44,806 nucleotides of DNA, taken from positions 1 through 44,806 of IMG/VR virus record IMGVR_UViG_3300046336_000021. The stretch is one strand, 5' to 3'. The DNA is from a virus. Taxonomy: Duplodnaviria; Caudoviricetes. The position numbers and the translations under genes were made by a program. Position 1 is the first letter of the stretch; each line of letters begins with the position of its first letter. The notes under the pieces were generated by a model, which made no database searches, was not told the origin of the DNA, and was given only the letters and a program-made list of their open reading frames with translations. Positions 8,485 to 17,307 of the stretch are shown piece after piece.

Positions 8485-8940
8485 TTTTGGACATAGGTTG
8501 GCCTAGCAGACCTGACTAATACCCATTACTGGATATAGGTGTTTGTCCCGGATAACAACTTACTACCTGTAAATTGTCGGCGTTGGTTTAGCGGTACGCA
8601 CTTTACAATCCCTAACTGGCTAATCTAAACGGCACAACCATAGACGTGTGGACAAACTTGTAATCTATGGTCATGGCAACATTCCCTATTGCATCATGTC
8701 CTGCTTTTCCTTTTAAAGAATCACAGAACTTTTGTTCACAAAACTTCCAAACCTACCATGTCCTGTATTGGCGTTTACGCAATAATTTCATGCGCAATTT
8801 AGGGGGCCGACATAACAGTTATCAGAGCGTCACCTCTGCCGACGCAGTACCCTATACAGGCACTGGGCGAGTATCATAAATAAATGATACCCCTTTTGAG
8901 TCTGGATTCCTCGAACATCTACATGCGTTTCATCATGTAC
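8485..8940 (-). ncRNA. Candidate ~450 nt structured non-coding RNA
   Basis: Many local and nested long-range helices; G-U wobbles and GNRA-like loops favour the minus strand; TAAATA at 8946-8951 (-); ends are approximate. Confidence 0.45.
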
Positions 8941-8947
8941 GGTTGTA

Positions 8948-8976
8948 TTTACAAATTTTAAATTTCGTGTTATAAT
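8948..8976 (+). promoter_or_regulatory. sigma70 promoter for the GIY-YIG/uvsY genes, overlapping a divergent TAAATA late promoter
   Basis: TTTACA-N17-TATAAT, 6 nt before ATG 8983 (leaderless geometry). Confidence 0.7.
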
Positions 8977-8982
8977 ATCGTT

Positions 8983-9501
8983 ATGAAAAATCAACCTAAA
9001 CCAAACAAGCATTACTACCTATACAAGATTGTTCATAAGGTAGATGGGTCTTTCTATTTTGGTGTCCGTGGCTGCGACAAAGCTGTTAACCCAGAACATG
9101 ACCTAGGAGTAGTTTACTTCACCAGTGGGCGATTGAAGAAGGCTTATAAGGCTATCCCAGAATCCTATGATAAGTTTATCCTAGAGATTTTCAAAAAGAA
9201 ATATGATGCACTTAAATCCGAGTCTTTAATCATTCAGGCAAACTTGAGTAACCCTATGTGCAAGAACCTTACTTATGATAAGGCAGCTTACTATAAAGCT
9301 ATTTCTCCTGATGCATATTTTCATCATAAGCGCCGTAAGAAAAAAGAAGAACGCCAAGAAGAATTGAAGCAGGTTCGTATAGCGGCTAAAGTAAAGTCTA
9401 ATGAGCGCCTAAAGAAAACTCTTGAATCGTACTTTGATGAAAGTCTTGGTTGTGTTGTTCATGTCTATCCTACTGCTGGTAAGAAAGGTGGTCGGAAATG
9501 A
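8983..9501 (+). CDS. GIY-YIG family (Seg-like) endonuclease
   Basis: YLYKI...FYFGVR...YFTSG...ALKSE...NL degenerate GIY-YIG motifs; basic C-terminus. Confidence 0.65.
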   Translation: MKNQPKPNKHYYLYKIVHKVDGSFYFGVRGCDKAVNPEHDLGVVYFTSGRLKKAYKAIPESYDKFILEIFKKKYDALKSESLIIQANLSNPMCKNLTYDKAAYYKAISPDAYFHHKRRKKKEERQEELKQVRIAAKVKSNERLKKTLESYFDESLGCVVHVYPTAGKKGGRK

Positions 9502-9932
9502 AACTCGAAGAAATCTCTACACATTGGGCCAAAGATTCTATCATCGACCAATCTGCCCTTATTGGTGCTGCCGCAAGTGTCCCCAAACTTCATGCAAAGT
9601 ATTACGCCATTCTGATTGACGAACGGTTGCTTTCTATCAAGCTAAAGAACCTACAGGAGAATATGCAAATCGTCTTGGATGGATTTTTCTCGAAAACTCT
9701 TACCCAATCAGACCTACAAGAATTCGGTTTGGTATATTCTGATAAGCGGGTTCTTCGTGCAGACATTCCTAAGCACATTGCGGTTCACCCAAAGATGGTG
9801 GAAATCACTATGAAGATCGCAGTGCAGGCCGAGAAGTGTCGATATGTGGAAGACATTTTGAAGCAGATTCATTCAATGAACTACGCCATCAAGAATGTGA
9901 TCGACATGAAAAAATTTGAAGCCGGGATGTAA
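9498..9932 (+). CDS. uvsY: Recombination mediator UvsY
   Basis: MKLEEI..W.KDS.ID...P.LHAKY and YAIKN.ID..KF.AG termini. Confidence 0.85.
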   Translation: MKLEEISTHWAKDSIIDQSALIGAAASVPKLHAKYYAILIDERLLSIKLKNLQENMQIVLDGFFSKTLTQSDLQEFGLVYSDKRVLRADIPKHIAVHPKMVEITMKIAVQAEKCRYVEDILKQIHSMNYAIKNVIDMKKFEAGM

Positions 9933-9957
9933 ATAGTCCAATAATATTGGGGACACT

Positions 9958-11310
9958 ATGCCGAAATCTATGGATGACTTTCTTGCCGAATCTATGAGTG
10001 CAGTTTTACCGACGCAGCATAATGAAGAATTGACCAACATGGTTGCTTCTATGACCCCGATGATGCACGGTGATGTTAGTAATGTTGTGGTTCATACGAC
10101 TACTGGTGATGACCCATACCACATTATGACCCTCGACCATGATGGTGCCAAGGAAGTTCATGTATTCAAGAACATGACAGATATTGGTGGTGGGGGTGGG
10201 GGAGCACCAACATCTACGCCATTACTATCAACTGCAATTTCTTTTGTGAAGCCACATTTGGCGGCTGGTGGTACTGTGCGGTTGCTTGCGCACCCAGACG
10301 TTAAAGATTCTTGCGGAAAACTGTTGGCATTGCACCGTGATGCGAAGAATTACAACATAACCCCATTAGAGGGCCATATCGGGCCTGATTGGACTGAGAA
10401 GTCTGGTTGGTCGATCACCGCGAAAGAACCTGCCAAAAGCCGTTTAAACGAGTTCCTAGAGGCTAATAGAGACATTCTTACCGATGTTATCCTAGAAGAA
10501 GTCCATCCACAGATTGAGGCCGCTGCAAAAGGTGCATACACACCATCAAGACTTGCGAATGTTAGTAAAACTATCCGCAATTTGTTGAAGACTGGTGCTG
10601 ATACTGGGTTGCAAGATAGTAAGCCGAAGAAAGGTTCTTCTAGGGCTGTCTATTTCCCTACAGAACCAGCACATGTAACCATTGATGGTGCACAAACAAA
10701 TATGCCTCATGTGATGAAGGTTGCCTTTCATGGAACTTTGGACAGTCACACCGAAGATAAGAAAGATCATGGGTTGCTTGGTGAAAGCCAAAACCGTCAC
10801 GAGGTGGGTGCATCTCAAGATTATGCAACTTTGAAGAAAAATCCTGATGGTTCATTCCGACATAACCCAGAAGGGTTCTTACCACCTTTACTAAGTAAAT
10901 CTGACAACCATGAATATATTTCGGTTGGTCGTGTAGAGCCATTAAAATCTGGTGAGTTTAGAAGCCTTACAAAGAATGAAGATTTTCCTAAAGGTATTAG
11001 TCATAAAGAATTTTATGATGCCGTTAATAAAAATTGGCAAGAATCCAATGGGCAGAACCACTATTCATCTATCTCTGAAGAAAAATTAGAGAAAGTTTCC
11101 GAACACCCATTGGTAAACCGTGCGATTGATTTTAGTCTTGGTACAGATACACACCCAGCAGATTTCAACCCCCGGAACCTAGGGGTTTGGACGCACCCGG
11201 TAACTGGAGAAAAGCACATCGTTGCATCTGATGCAGGATTTTCTAGGTTTGTGGCGAAACGCTACCACGATGCACGAATGAATCAAATGAGAAAGCAGCG
11301 AGGATATTGA
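9958..11310 (+). CDS. Putative internal virion protein with C-terminal protein-kinase-like domain
   Basis: MPKSMDDFLAES N-terminus; GSSRAVY, VMKVA, QNRHE, HPADFNPRN and DAGF match the kinase subdomain order; TAAATA at 9930-9935. Confidence 0.65.
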   Translation: MPKSMDDFLAESMSAVLPTQHNEELTNMVASMTPMMHGDVSNVVVHTTTGDDPYHIMTLDHDGAKEVHVFKNMTDIGGGGGGAPTSTPLLSTAISFVKPHLAAGGTVRLLAHPDVKDSCGKLLALHRDAKNYNITPLEGHIGPDWTEKSGWSITAKEPAKSRLNEFLEANRDILTDVILEEVHPQIEAAAKGAYTPSRLANVSKTIRNLLKTGADTGLQDSKPKKGSSRAVYFPTEPAHVTIDGAQTNMPHVMKVAFHGTLDSHTEDKKDHGLLGESQNRHEVGASQDYATLKKNPDGSFRHNPEGFLPPLLSKSDNHEYISVGRVEPLKSGEFRSLTKNEDFPKGISHKEFYDAVNKNWQESNGQNHYSSISEEKLEKVSEHPLVNRAIDFSLGTDTHPADFNPRNLGVWTHPVTGEKHIVASDAGFSRFVAKRYHDARMNQMRKQRGY

Positions 11311-11311
11311 T

Positions 11312-12193
11312 ATGAAAAAGTTTACTGACGCTAACCACCTTGCAAAGTTTTTGGGTAATGGTTTGAAGCATGCTGATGTTGTGAGTACACACATCGACAA
11401 AGACAAACAAGACCACTATGAAGACTTGCTAATTTCACATGCGGTTTCTAGCAAGTACCATGTGACAAAGACTGCTGAAGGCTTTGATGTTACTCACAAA
11501 TTACCAACTATCGAAACCTGCTTTGGTAAATCATCTAAGACTCATTTGCAAGAATCTTGGGAATCTGATATGCATGATGCTGCAAAGATTCCTGAAGGGT
11601 CTAACAAGCAGAACCTACACGACTACACACTGGATAGCCAAGAAGCAAACACTTTGTTGCATGGCCTACATAGTGGTGATGAATCCAAGGTAGAACCGAA
11701 CAAGCACCGTCTACATCACATTCGTAAATTAGACAAAGACTTTGGGAATGCTTCTACGACAAAAGACCTAACAGTCTATACCGGATTGCGCCGTAGTCCA
11801 TTCCATCACTTTGATGGAGGTGAATCTAGTGTGGTGGTGCATCACCCAGCATTCTTGTCCACAAGTACATCTCACGAACCTACCCAAGAGTTTTCTAAGA
11901 TTCTTGCAGAAAGACCAACCGATGAACAGATGAAGCATCATGGGGTTGATAATCCTGAATTCCATAGCCAACATTTCTTGAAAATTCATGCACCAAAAGG
12001 AAGTGCCGGGATTTCATTGCAAGACATTTCAGAACACCCTAACGAAAACGAAATCCTGTTCCATCGTGGGCATGACATTAAAATTCATAGCAAGCCTACT
12101 GTGTTTCGTAGCAATGCTGGTTTGACGCAGTATGTGTGGAATGCTGAACTACATAACCACAATCCCAGCATCGTCCCTAGAAGTCTCGATTAA
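11312..12193 (+). CDS. ADP-ribosyltransferase (Alt/VIP2-like, R-S-E class)
   Basis: DYT...N..L, LTVYTG, FLSTST, I.APKGS and ENEIL (ExE) motifs. Confidence 0.8.
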   Translation: MKKFTDANHLAKFLGNGLKHADVVSTHIDKDKQDHYEDLLISHAVSSKYHVTKTAEGFDVTHKLPTIETCFGKSSKTHLQESWESDMHDAAKIPEGSNKQNLHDYTLDSQEANTLLHGLHSGDESKVEPNKHRLHHIRKLDKDFGNASTTKDLTVYTGLRRSPFHHFDGGESSVVVHHPAFLSTSTSHEPTQEFSKILAERPTDEQMKHHGVDNPEFHSQHFLKIHAPKGSAGISLQDISEHPNENEILFHRGHDIKIHSKPTVFRSNAGLTQYVWNAELHNHNPSIVPRSLD

Positions 12194-12228
12194 ATTCTGG
12201 TACAATTCGCCGTATTGAAACTTTTGGG

Positions 12229-13023
12229 GTGTCTATGAACAATGAACTTATTAAAAATGCTGTGCGATGTATGGCTGTTTGTGATGCCGTTGGTGCAGAT
12301 TTTGAGTTTGAAGAATCTCCCGATGCGACTAAGGTTATCAAAAAAACTAAGTATGGGTGGTTGGGGATTACCGATGACACTCAGATGACATTGTTTGGCA
12401 TGGATTCCATCCTAGAAGGCTATTGCATCGAACGTGCATATTCTGATTGGTACATCACTCAAACAAACTCTTTCGATGAATTTCATTACATCAAGAATCG
12501 ATTGTTGCAGTATAAAGACTTGTGGAATGTCCGCGCACCCGGCTTTACGTGTATGGACTCTATGGCATCCATTATTGCGTCCGGTAGCCGTGATAAGAAC
12601 AATTCCAAGGGGTGTGGGTCCGTTATGCGGATTCTTCCTTGTATGGCTATTCCTAACATCACGGAGCGTATTGATTGGGTTAAGCAATCTATTGCACTGA
12701 CTCATGACCATCCAGAAAATGAAGTTGCTGCTGGAATCCTAGTTCGTGCATATTCCGGTGGAGAATTCAATCGTGGTGCCGACAAGATTACTGACTACGG
12801 TACTGGGTGGACCGCCGTAGAAGCTGTAGATATGGCGCTGTGGGCTGTGCAGAATTCAAAAACATTTGATGAACTTTTGGTAAATTCTATTTGTCACGAA
12901 GGTGATTCTGATTCGGTTGCCGCCATTGCTGGTTCTATATGGGGCTTGCAGGGAAAGCCATTTGATTACTTTGACCGGGTTGTTGAATCTGAAACGATTG
13001 AGAAAGTTTTAGCCAAGATGTGA
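12229..13023 (+). CDS. ADP-ribosylglycohydrolase (DraG/ARH family)
   Basis: DAVGA, TDDTQMT, GCGSVMR, THDHP and GDSDSVAAIAGS motifs. Confidence 0.9.
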   Translation: MSMNNELIKNAVRCMAVCDAVGADFEFEESPDATKVIKKTKYGWLGITDDTQMTLFGMDSILEGYCIERAYSDWYITQTNSFDEFHYIKNRLLQYKDLWNVRAPGFTCMDSMASIIASGSRDKNNSKGCGSVMRILPCMAIPNITERIDWVKQSIALTHDHPENEVAAGILVRAYSGGEFNRGADKITDYGTGWTAVEAVDMALWAVQNSKTFDELLVNSICHEGDSDSVAAIAGSIWGLQGKPFDYFDRVVESETIEKVLAKM

Positions 13024-13054
13024 CCTTAAATAGTCGGAACTGAAACTTTTAATC

Positions 13055-14509
13055 ATGTCCGACATTCTATTTCAATATCGCAACGCAACTTCTTGCAAAA
13101 TCATCGCAAGCCAACATGTAGTCATGGAACTACATGCACGGTACAAATTTCGTCCAGAGGGATTTCAATTCAATCCGAAATACAAGGCTGGCATCTGGTC
13201 TGGTTGGATTGAACTTATCAACCGTGATGGAACGTGTCCTGTAGGTCTAGTCCCCGATGTAATGAGATTTGCAATCGAGTCTGGTTACTCTTGTAAAGTC
13301 TCTCAAGAATTTTCGGAATTCAAGGCTAAGTACACGTTCGATCAAAAAGAATTAGACCTACCTTTTGAACTTCGAGATTATCAAGTAACTGCTATCCAAC
13401 GGGCTTTGGATAAGAAGCGCCAAATCCTGCTCCTAGCGACTTCCGCAGGCAAATCGGTAGTGATGTATGCCCTGACCAGAATTTTCGCCGGGAAGACCCT
13501 TGTAATCGTTCCTAACGTGTCTTTGATTAGCCAGATTGAATCTGACTACAAGGCATACTCTACAAAGAATGGTTGGTCGGTTGATGACAACTGCTCATTC
13601 ATCTTTGCAGGCCAAGACAAGAACGTCAACAAGCCAATCACGATATCCACATGGCAATCCATCTATAATATCAAAGACGACAATTGGTTTCGTCAATTTG
13701 ACAATGTGATTGTCGATGAGGTTCATTTGGCATCTTCTGCAAGCCTTGTGTCTATCATGCAGCGGTGTACGAATGCATTCTTTCGGGTTGGTGTGTCTGG
13801 TACGCTTGACAAATCTAAGACGAATGAAATGTCACTGATTGCCAATTTTGGACCTGTCCATAGAATCGTATCGGCAAAGCAATTGATGGATGATGGACAT
13901 GTCACCAAGGCAATCGTCAAGCCAATCATCCTAGTCTACCCAGAAAAGGTTTGTAAGCCCATCCGTGGCCTACCTTATGATGATGAACTTGATGTGGTGG
14001 TCAAGTCTAAGTCTAGGAACCAATTTCTAGTAAACTTCGCAAACAGTCTTGAAGGGAATTCTTTATTCTTATTCCGGTTTGTTGACAAGCATGCCGAAGT
14101 GGTCAAGCAAGCCCTCGTAGAATCCGGAACAAAGAAAACCGTTCATATCATTTCGGCAGACACTCCTAAAGACGTACGCGAAAATCTTAGAAAGTTGGTA
14201 GAAGAAACTAATGACAATATCATTATTTCTACCTATGCACTATTTTCTACAGGTGTGTCTATAAACAACTTACACCATGTTGTTTTTGCATCTCCCACAA
14301 AATCCTCTGTAAAAGTGCTACAATCCATTGGTAGGTCGCTAAGGAAGCATTCTTCTAAAGCACTTGCAACTATTTGGGACATTGTTGATGACTACAGAGG
14401 GAAATTTGAAACAAAGAATTATTTGTTCAAGCACTTTGAAGAACGTCTACAGTGTTACCTATCAGAGCAATTTGAAGTAAGTGTGAAGGAAATTAAAATT
14501 GGAACCTGA
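13055..14509 (+). CDS. uvsW: UvsW SF2 DNA helicase
   Basis: LRDYQ, ATSAGKS, TWQS, DEVH, SGT and QSIGRSLR; N-terminal F.PKYKAG.W.G.I.L. Confidence 0.92.
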   Translation: MSDILFQYRNATSCKIIASQHVVMELHARYKFRPEGFQFNPKYKAGIWSGWIELINRDGTCPVGLVPDVMRFAIESGYSCKVSQEFSEFKAKYTFDQKELDLPFELRDYQVTAIQRALDKKRQILLLATSAGKSVVMYALTRIFAGKTLVIVPNVSLISQIESDYKAYSTKNGWSVDDNCSFIFAGQDKNVNKPITISTWQSIYNIKDDNWFRQFDNVIVDEVHLASSASLVSIMQRCTNAFFRVGVSGTLDKSKTNEMSLIANFGPVHRIVSAKQLMDDGHVTKAIVKPIILVYPEKVCKPIRGLPYDDELDVVVKSKSRNQFLVNFANSLEGNSLFLFRFVDKHAEVVKQALVESGTKKTVHIISADTPKDVRENLRKLVEETNDNIIISTYALFSTGVSINNLHHVVFASPTKSSVKVLQSIGRSLRKHSSKALATIWDIVDDYRGKFETKNYLFKHFEERLQCYLSEQFEVSVKEIKIGT

Positions 14510-14849
14510 TTATACATTTTTGCCATTGTCGATTGTCCTGAAATCCGGTGATAGGTTGCTTGCATATGGGCTACCACACGAAGATCAAGATGGAAGTTTT
14601 ATTTGTCGCGGTGCAGTAGTGTACAGTGACGAAGAAGATGGAATCCATATTAGTGACTATGACCCGGCTACTGATGACGAGTATGTCGTATTTCAAATTT
14701 CAGAAATCATGTCAATCAATTCTATGTCTGATGCGTTTTTGGTAATATACAAAGACTACCACAATTCTAAAAATCAACTAGACCTGAGTGAACTGACGCA
14801 AGACCAGCTTTGGGGTGCTATTGTAAACCGGACAGAAACCTACCAGTAA
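14499..14849 (+). CDS. Hypothetical acidic protein downstream of uvsW
   Basis: ORF overlapping the uvsW stop; start uncertain. Confidence 0.55.
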   Translation: MEPDYTFLPLSIVLKSGDRLLAYGLPHEDQDGSFICRGAVVYSDEEDGIHISDYDPATDDEYVVFQISEIMSINSMSDAFLVIYKDYHNSKNQLDLSELTQDQLWGAIVNRTETYQ

Positions 14850-14928
14850 CATATTGGTCTTTTTGATAATAGTTAAATAGAACACTAATACTTCTTAGTT
14901 TCATAACTTTTATCAAGGAGAAACCAAT

Positions 14929-16734
14929 ATGTTTCCAATTTCACCCGGCGTAGCAACCCGCGAATTTCAAACCTCTGCAACCGTAGAGCAAGGTGCCTTT
15001 TCTGTAGGCGCTATTGCTGGTAAGTTTGCATGGGGACCAGTAGGCACCAAAGTTCGCGTATCTAGCGAATCCAATTTGGTACAGACTTTCGGCAAGCCTA
15101 CTTCGACAGAATACCTAGACTTCATGTTGTCTAGTTCTTACTTGTCTTATTCTGGTTCTTTGGATGTAGTCCGTATTGGTTCTACTACAACCGTATTCAA
15201 TGCTGTTGATACCGGTTCTCCAGTTTCGATTCTGAACCAAACTGAATACGAATTGCATGTGCCAACATCTTGCACATTCCTAGCACGGTTCCCCGGTACT
15301 GCCGGAAATTCTTTGCGCGTTGATGTGTGTGCTTCTACTAGTGCATATTCAGTAGTATTGCCCGGAACATTTGTATTCACTATCAGCAATGTTGCTACAT
15401 ACACACCAGCCGCTGCTGAATTGTTGGCTGACTATGTGCAGGTCGGTGATACGTTGGTTGTTGGTGGTTCGCAATATAGCGTAAGTGCTTTGACAACCAC
15501 TACCGTGACATTCTCTAAAGTTTATGTTGGTTCTACTACCATTACTTCTGCAACTCGTTTGTGGAAGCATGCTGGCCGGTTCACATCGGCACCTGCGACT
15601 AACGAATTCCATATGGTTGTGGTTGATACTACTGGATACTTTGGTGATGCTGTTGAAACTATCCTAGAATCGTACACACTAAGCACGGTTGTCGGTGCAG
15701 TAAACACAGACGGTACACAGCGGTACTGGCGCGATGCGTTGACCCAATACAGCCGATTCGTCTTGTCTGGTAGCAACCCATTGGTTGTTGGTTCTGGAAT
15801 CTCTGCGACCGCTTCTGTACTTGCCGGTGGCGCTGATGGCTTTGGTTCTATGACCCTAGCAGACTACATTCAAGGCTACGACCAATTCAAAGATTCTGAT
15901 ACATCCGAATCCGGCCTATTGATCGGTGGTAATGGTTGTGCTAATGGTGGTGTGCTTGCTCAATACTTGGTGCAGAATATTGCAGAAGTGCGCAAAGATG
16001 CCGTTGTGTTCTTGTCGCCACAATTGACTTCTGTGCAGACCAAAGACCAAGAGGTTACTTTGTGCCGCACTGATCGTGACTTGGTTGGTAGCTCTTCTTA
16101 CTTCTCGTTTGATAGTAACTGGAAGTACACATATGACCGTTACAACAATAAGTTCCGTTGGATTCCTTGCAATGCCGATTCTGCCGGATTGTATGCGCAG
16201 GCGCAGCGTAACGGTGAGGTGTGGACTACTGGTGTAGGTATGGAGAATGGTCGCCTCAAAAACGTAACCAAACTTGCATGGAACCCTTCACAAAATGCTC
16301 GTGACCAATTGTACCCTGCCGGGATTAACCCAATTTTCAGCAAGGCTAAAGTTGGTCCTGTGTTGTATGGGGATAAGACTGGTCAGACATTTGCAGGTCC
16401 ATTTGACCGGATGCACAATCGCTTCTTGTTCATTACCTTGCGCAAGACCATTGCCGTAGCTGCTGAAGCCTTGCTGTTCAAGTTCAACGATGAAGTGTCT
16501 CAGCGCCGGTTCTACAGCCTTACAGAGCCATTCCTACGCGATATTCAGGGTCGTGGTGGTATTGCAGACTTTATCGTACAAGCCGATAGCACTGTGAATA
16601 CCCCTGATGTGGTTTCTCAAAATCGATTTGTTGGTAAGATTTTTGTTAAGACCAAAGGTTCTATCAACTTCATCTTGCTAGACTTTACTGCGGTCGGCCC
16701 TAACGTTGACTTCAAAGAAGTTATCGTAGGCTAA
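14929..16734 (+). CDS. 18: Tail sheath protein (gp18)
   Basis: SPGV..RE, F.WGP, FGKP, YDRYN..FRWIP, RD.LY..GINP, SINFI.L.F; AAGGAG SD; TAAATA 14874-14879. Confidence 0.95.
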   Translation: MFPISPGVATREFQTSATVEQGAFSVGAIAGKFAWGPVGTKVRVSSESNLVQTFGKPTSTEYLDFMLSSSYLSYSGSLDVVRIGSTTTVFNAVDTGSPVSILNQTEYELHVPTSCTFLARFPGTAGNSLRVDVCASTSAYSVVLPGTFVFTISNVATYTPAAAELLADYVQVGDTLVVGGSQYSVSALTTTTVTFSKVYVGSTTITSATRLWKHAGRFTSAPATNEFHMVVVDTTGYFGDAVETILESYTLSTVVGAVNTDGTQRYWRDALTQYSRFVLSGSNPLVVGSGISATASVLAGGADGFGSMTLADYIQGYDQFKDSDTSESGLLIGGNGCANGGVLAQYLVQNIAEVRKDAVVFLSPQLTSVQTKDQEVTLCRTDRDLVGSSSYFSFDSNWKYTYDRYNNKFRWIPCNADSAGLYAQAQRNGEVWTTGVGMENGRLKNVTKLAWNPSQNARDQLYPAGINPIFSKAKVGPVLYGDKTGQTFAGPFDRMHNRFLFITLRKTIAVAAEALLFKFNDEVSQRRFYSLTEPFLRDIQGRGGIADFIVQADSTVNTPDVVSQNRFVGKIFVKTKGSINFILLDFTAVGPNVDFKEVIVG

Positions 16735-16741
16735 TAAAACG

Positions 16742-16760
16742 ATGGGGTGAAATTCCCCAT
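16742..16760. terminator. Stem-loop between gp18 and gp19
   Basis: ATGGGG...CCCCAT inverted repeat; no clear U-tract on the plus strand. Confidence 0.4.
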
Positions 16761-16789
16761 TGTAAATACAATAAAATAGGAGCTATAAC

Positions 16790-17305
16790 ATGGCATTTTC
16801 TGCTGTAGAATTTCGGGCAAACTTAAAGCATGGTGGCGCACGTCCCAATCTTTTTGAAGTAGCCATCACAATCCCTGACAATGTAAACGCCGAACGACAA
16901 GTAAAGTTCTTGGTCGAAGCTGCATCGTCCCCCGCATACACAACTGGCTTTGTAAACATCCCTTATTTCGGACGTGATACGAAGTGGTTTGGTGATCGTG
17001 CGTATTCTTCTTGGTCGGTATCAGTAATTGCTGATGAAGGTCATGAATTGCGCAAGGCTTTGGAATCTTGGCAAGACCGTGGTAGTCGCGGTGACTGGGG
17101 TACTAATAACATCGAACAGGCGCAGAGTTTGCAGCTATACACAGATGCGACCATTACCGCTTTCCGCAAAGATGGCGAAACCGATCGCAGTATTAAGTTG
17201 TTTAACTTGTTCCCGGTTATGATCGGACCTATGGAATATTCTTGGGCAGCAAATAACCAGATTCAAAAGTTTAGTGTGGACTTTGAATTCGACTACTACC
17301 TATAA
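16790..17305 (+). CDS. 19: Tail tube protein (gp19)
   Basis: GGARPNLFEV, PYFGR..K..GDR, FP..IG...W, F.V.F..DY. Confidence 0.95.
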   Translation: MAFSAVEFRANLKHGGARPNLFEVAITIPDNVNAERQVKFLVEAASSPAYTTGFVNIPYFGRDTKWFGDRAYSSWSVSVIADEGHELRKALESWQDRGSRGDWGTNNIEQAQSLQLYTDATITAFRKDGETDRSIKLFNLFPVMIGPMEYSWAANNQIQKFSVDFEFDYYL

Positions 17306-17307
17306 TC

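Larger units (their letters stand above)
7107..8982. other. Large non-coding locus, candidate replication origin / ncRNA region
   Basis: No credible ORF over ~1.9 kb in an otherwise densely coding genome; AT-rich; repeats, hairpins and promoters. Confidence 0.6.

Noticed and set aside
8485-8940. tRNA, tmRNA or group I intron
   Set aside because: No cloverleaf or T-loop/CCA pattern, no tag reading frame, no interrupted host gene; a covariance search is still needed to exclude these formally
8667-9012. ORFs 8667-8879 (+) and 8830-9012 (-)
   Set aside because: Short, no SD, atypical composition; the region is better explained by base-paired structure and promoters
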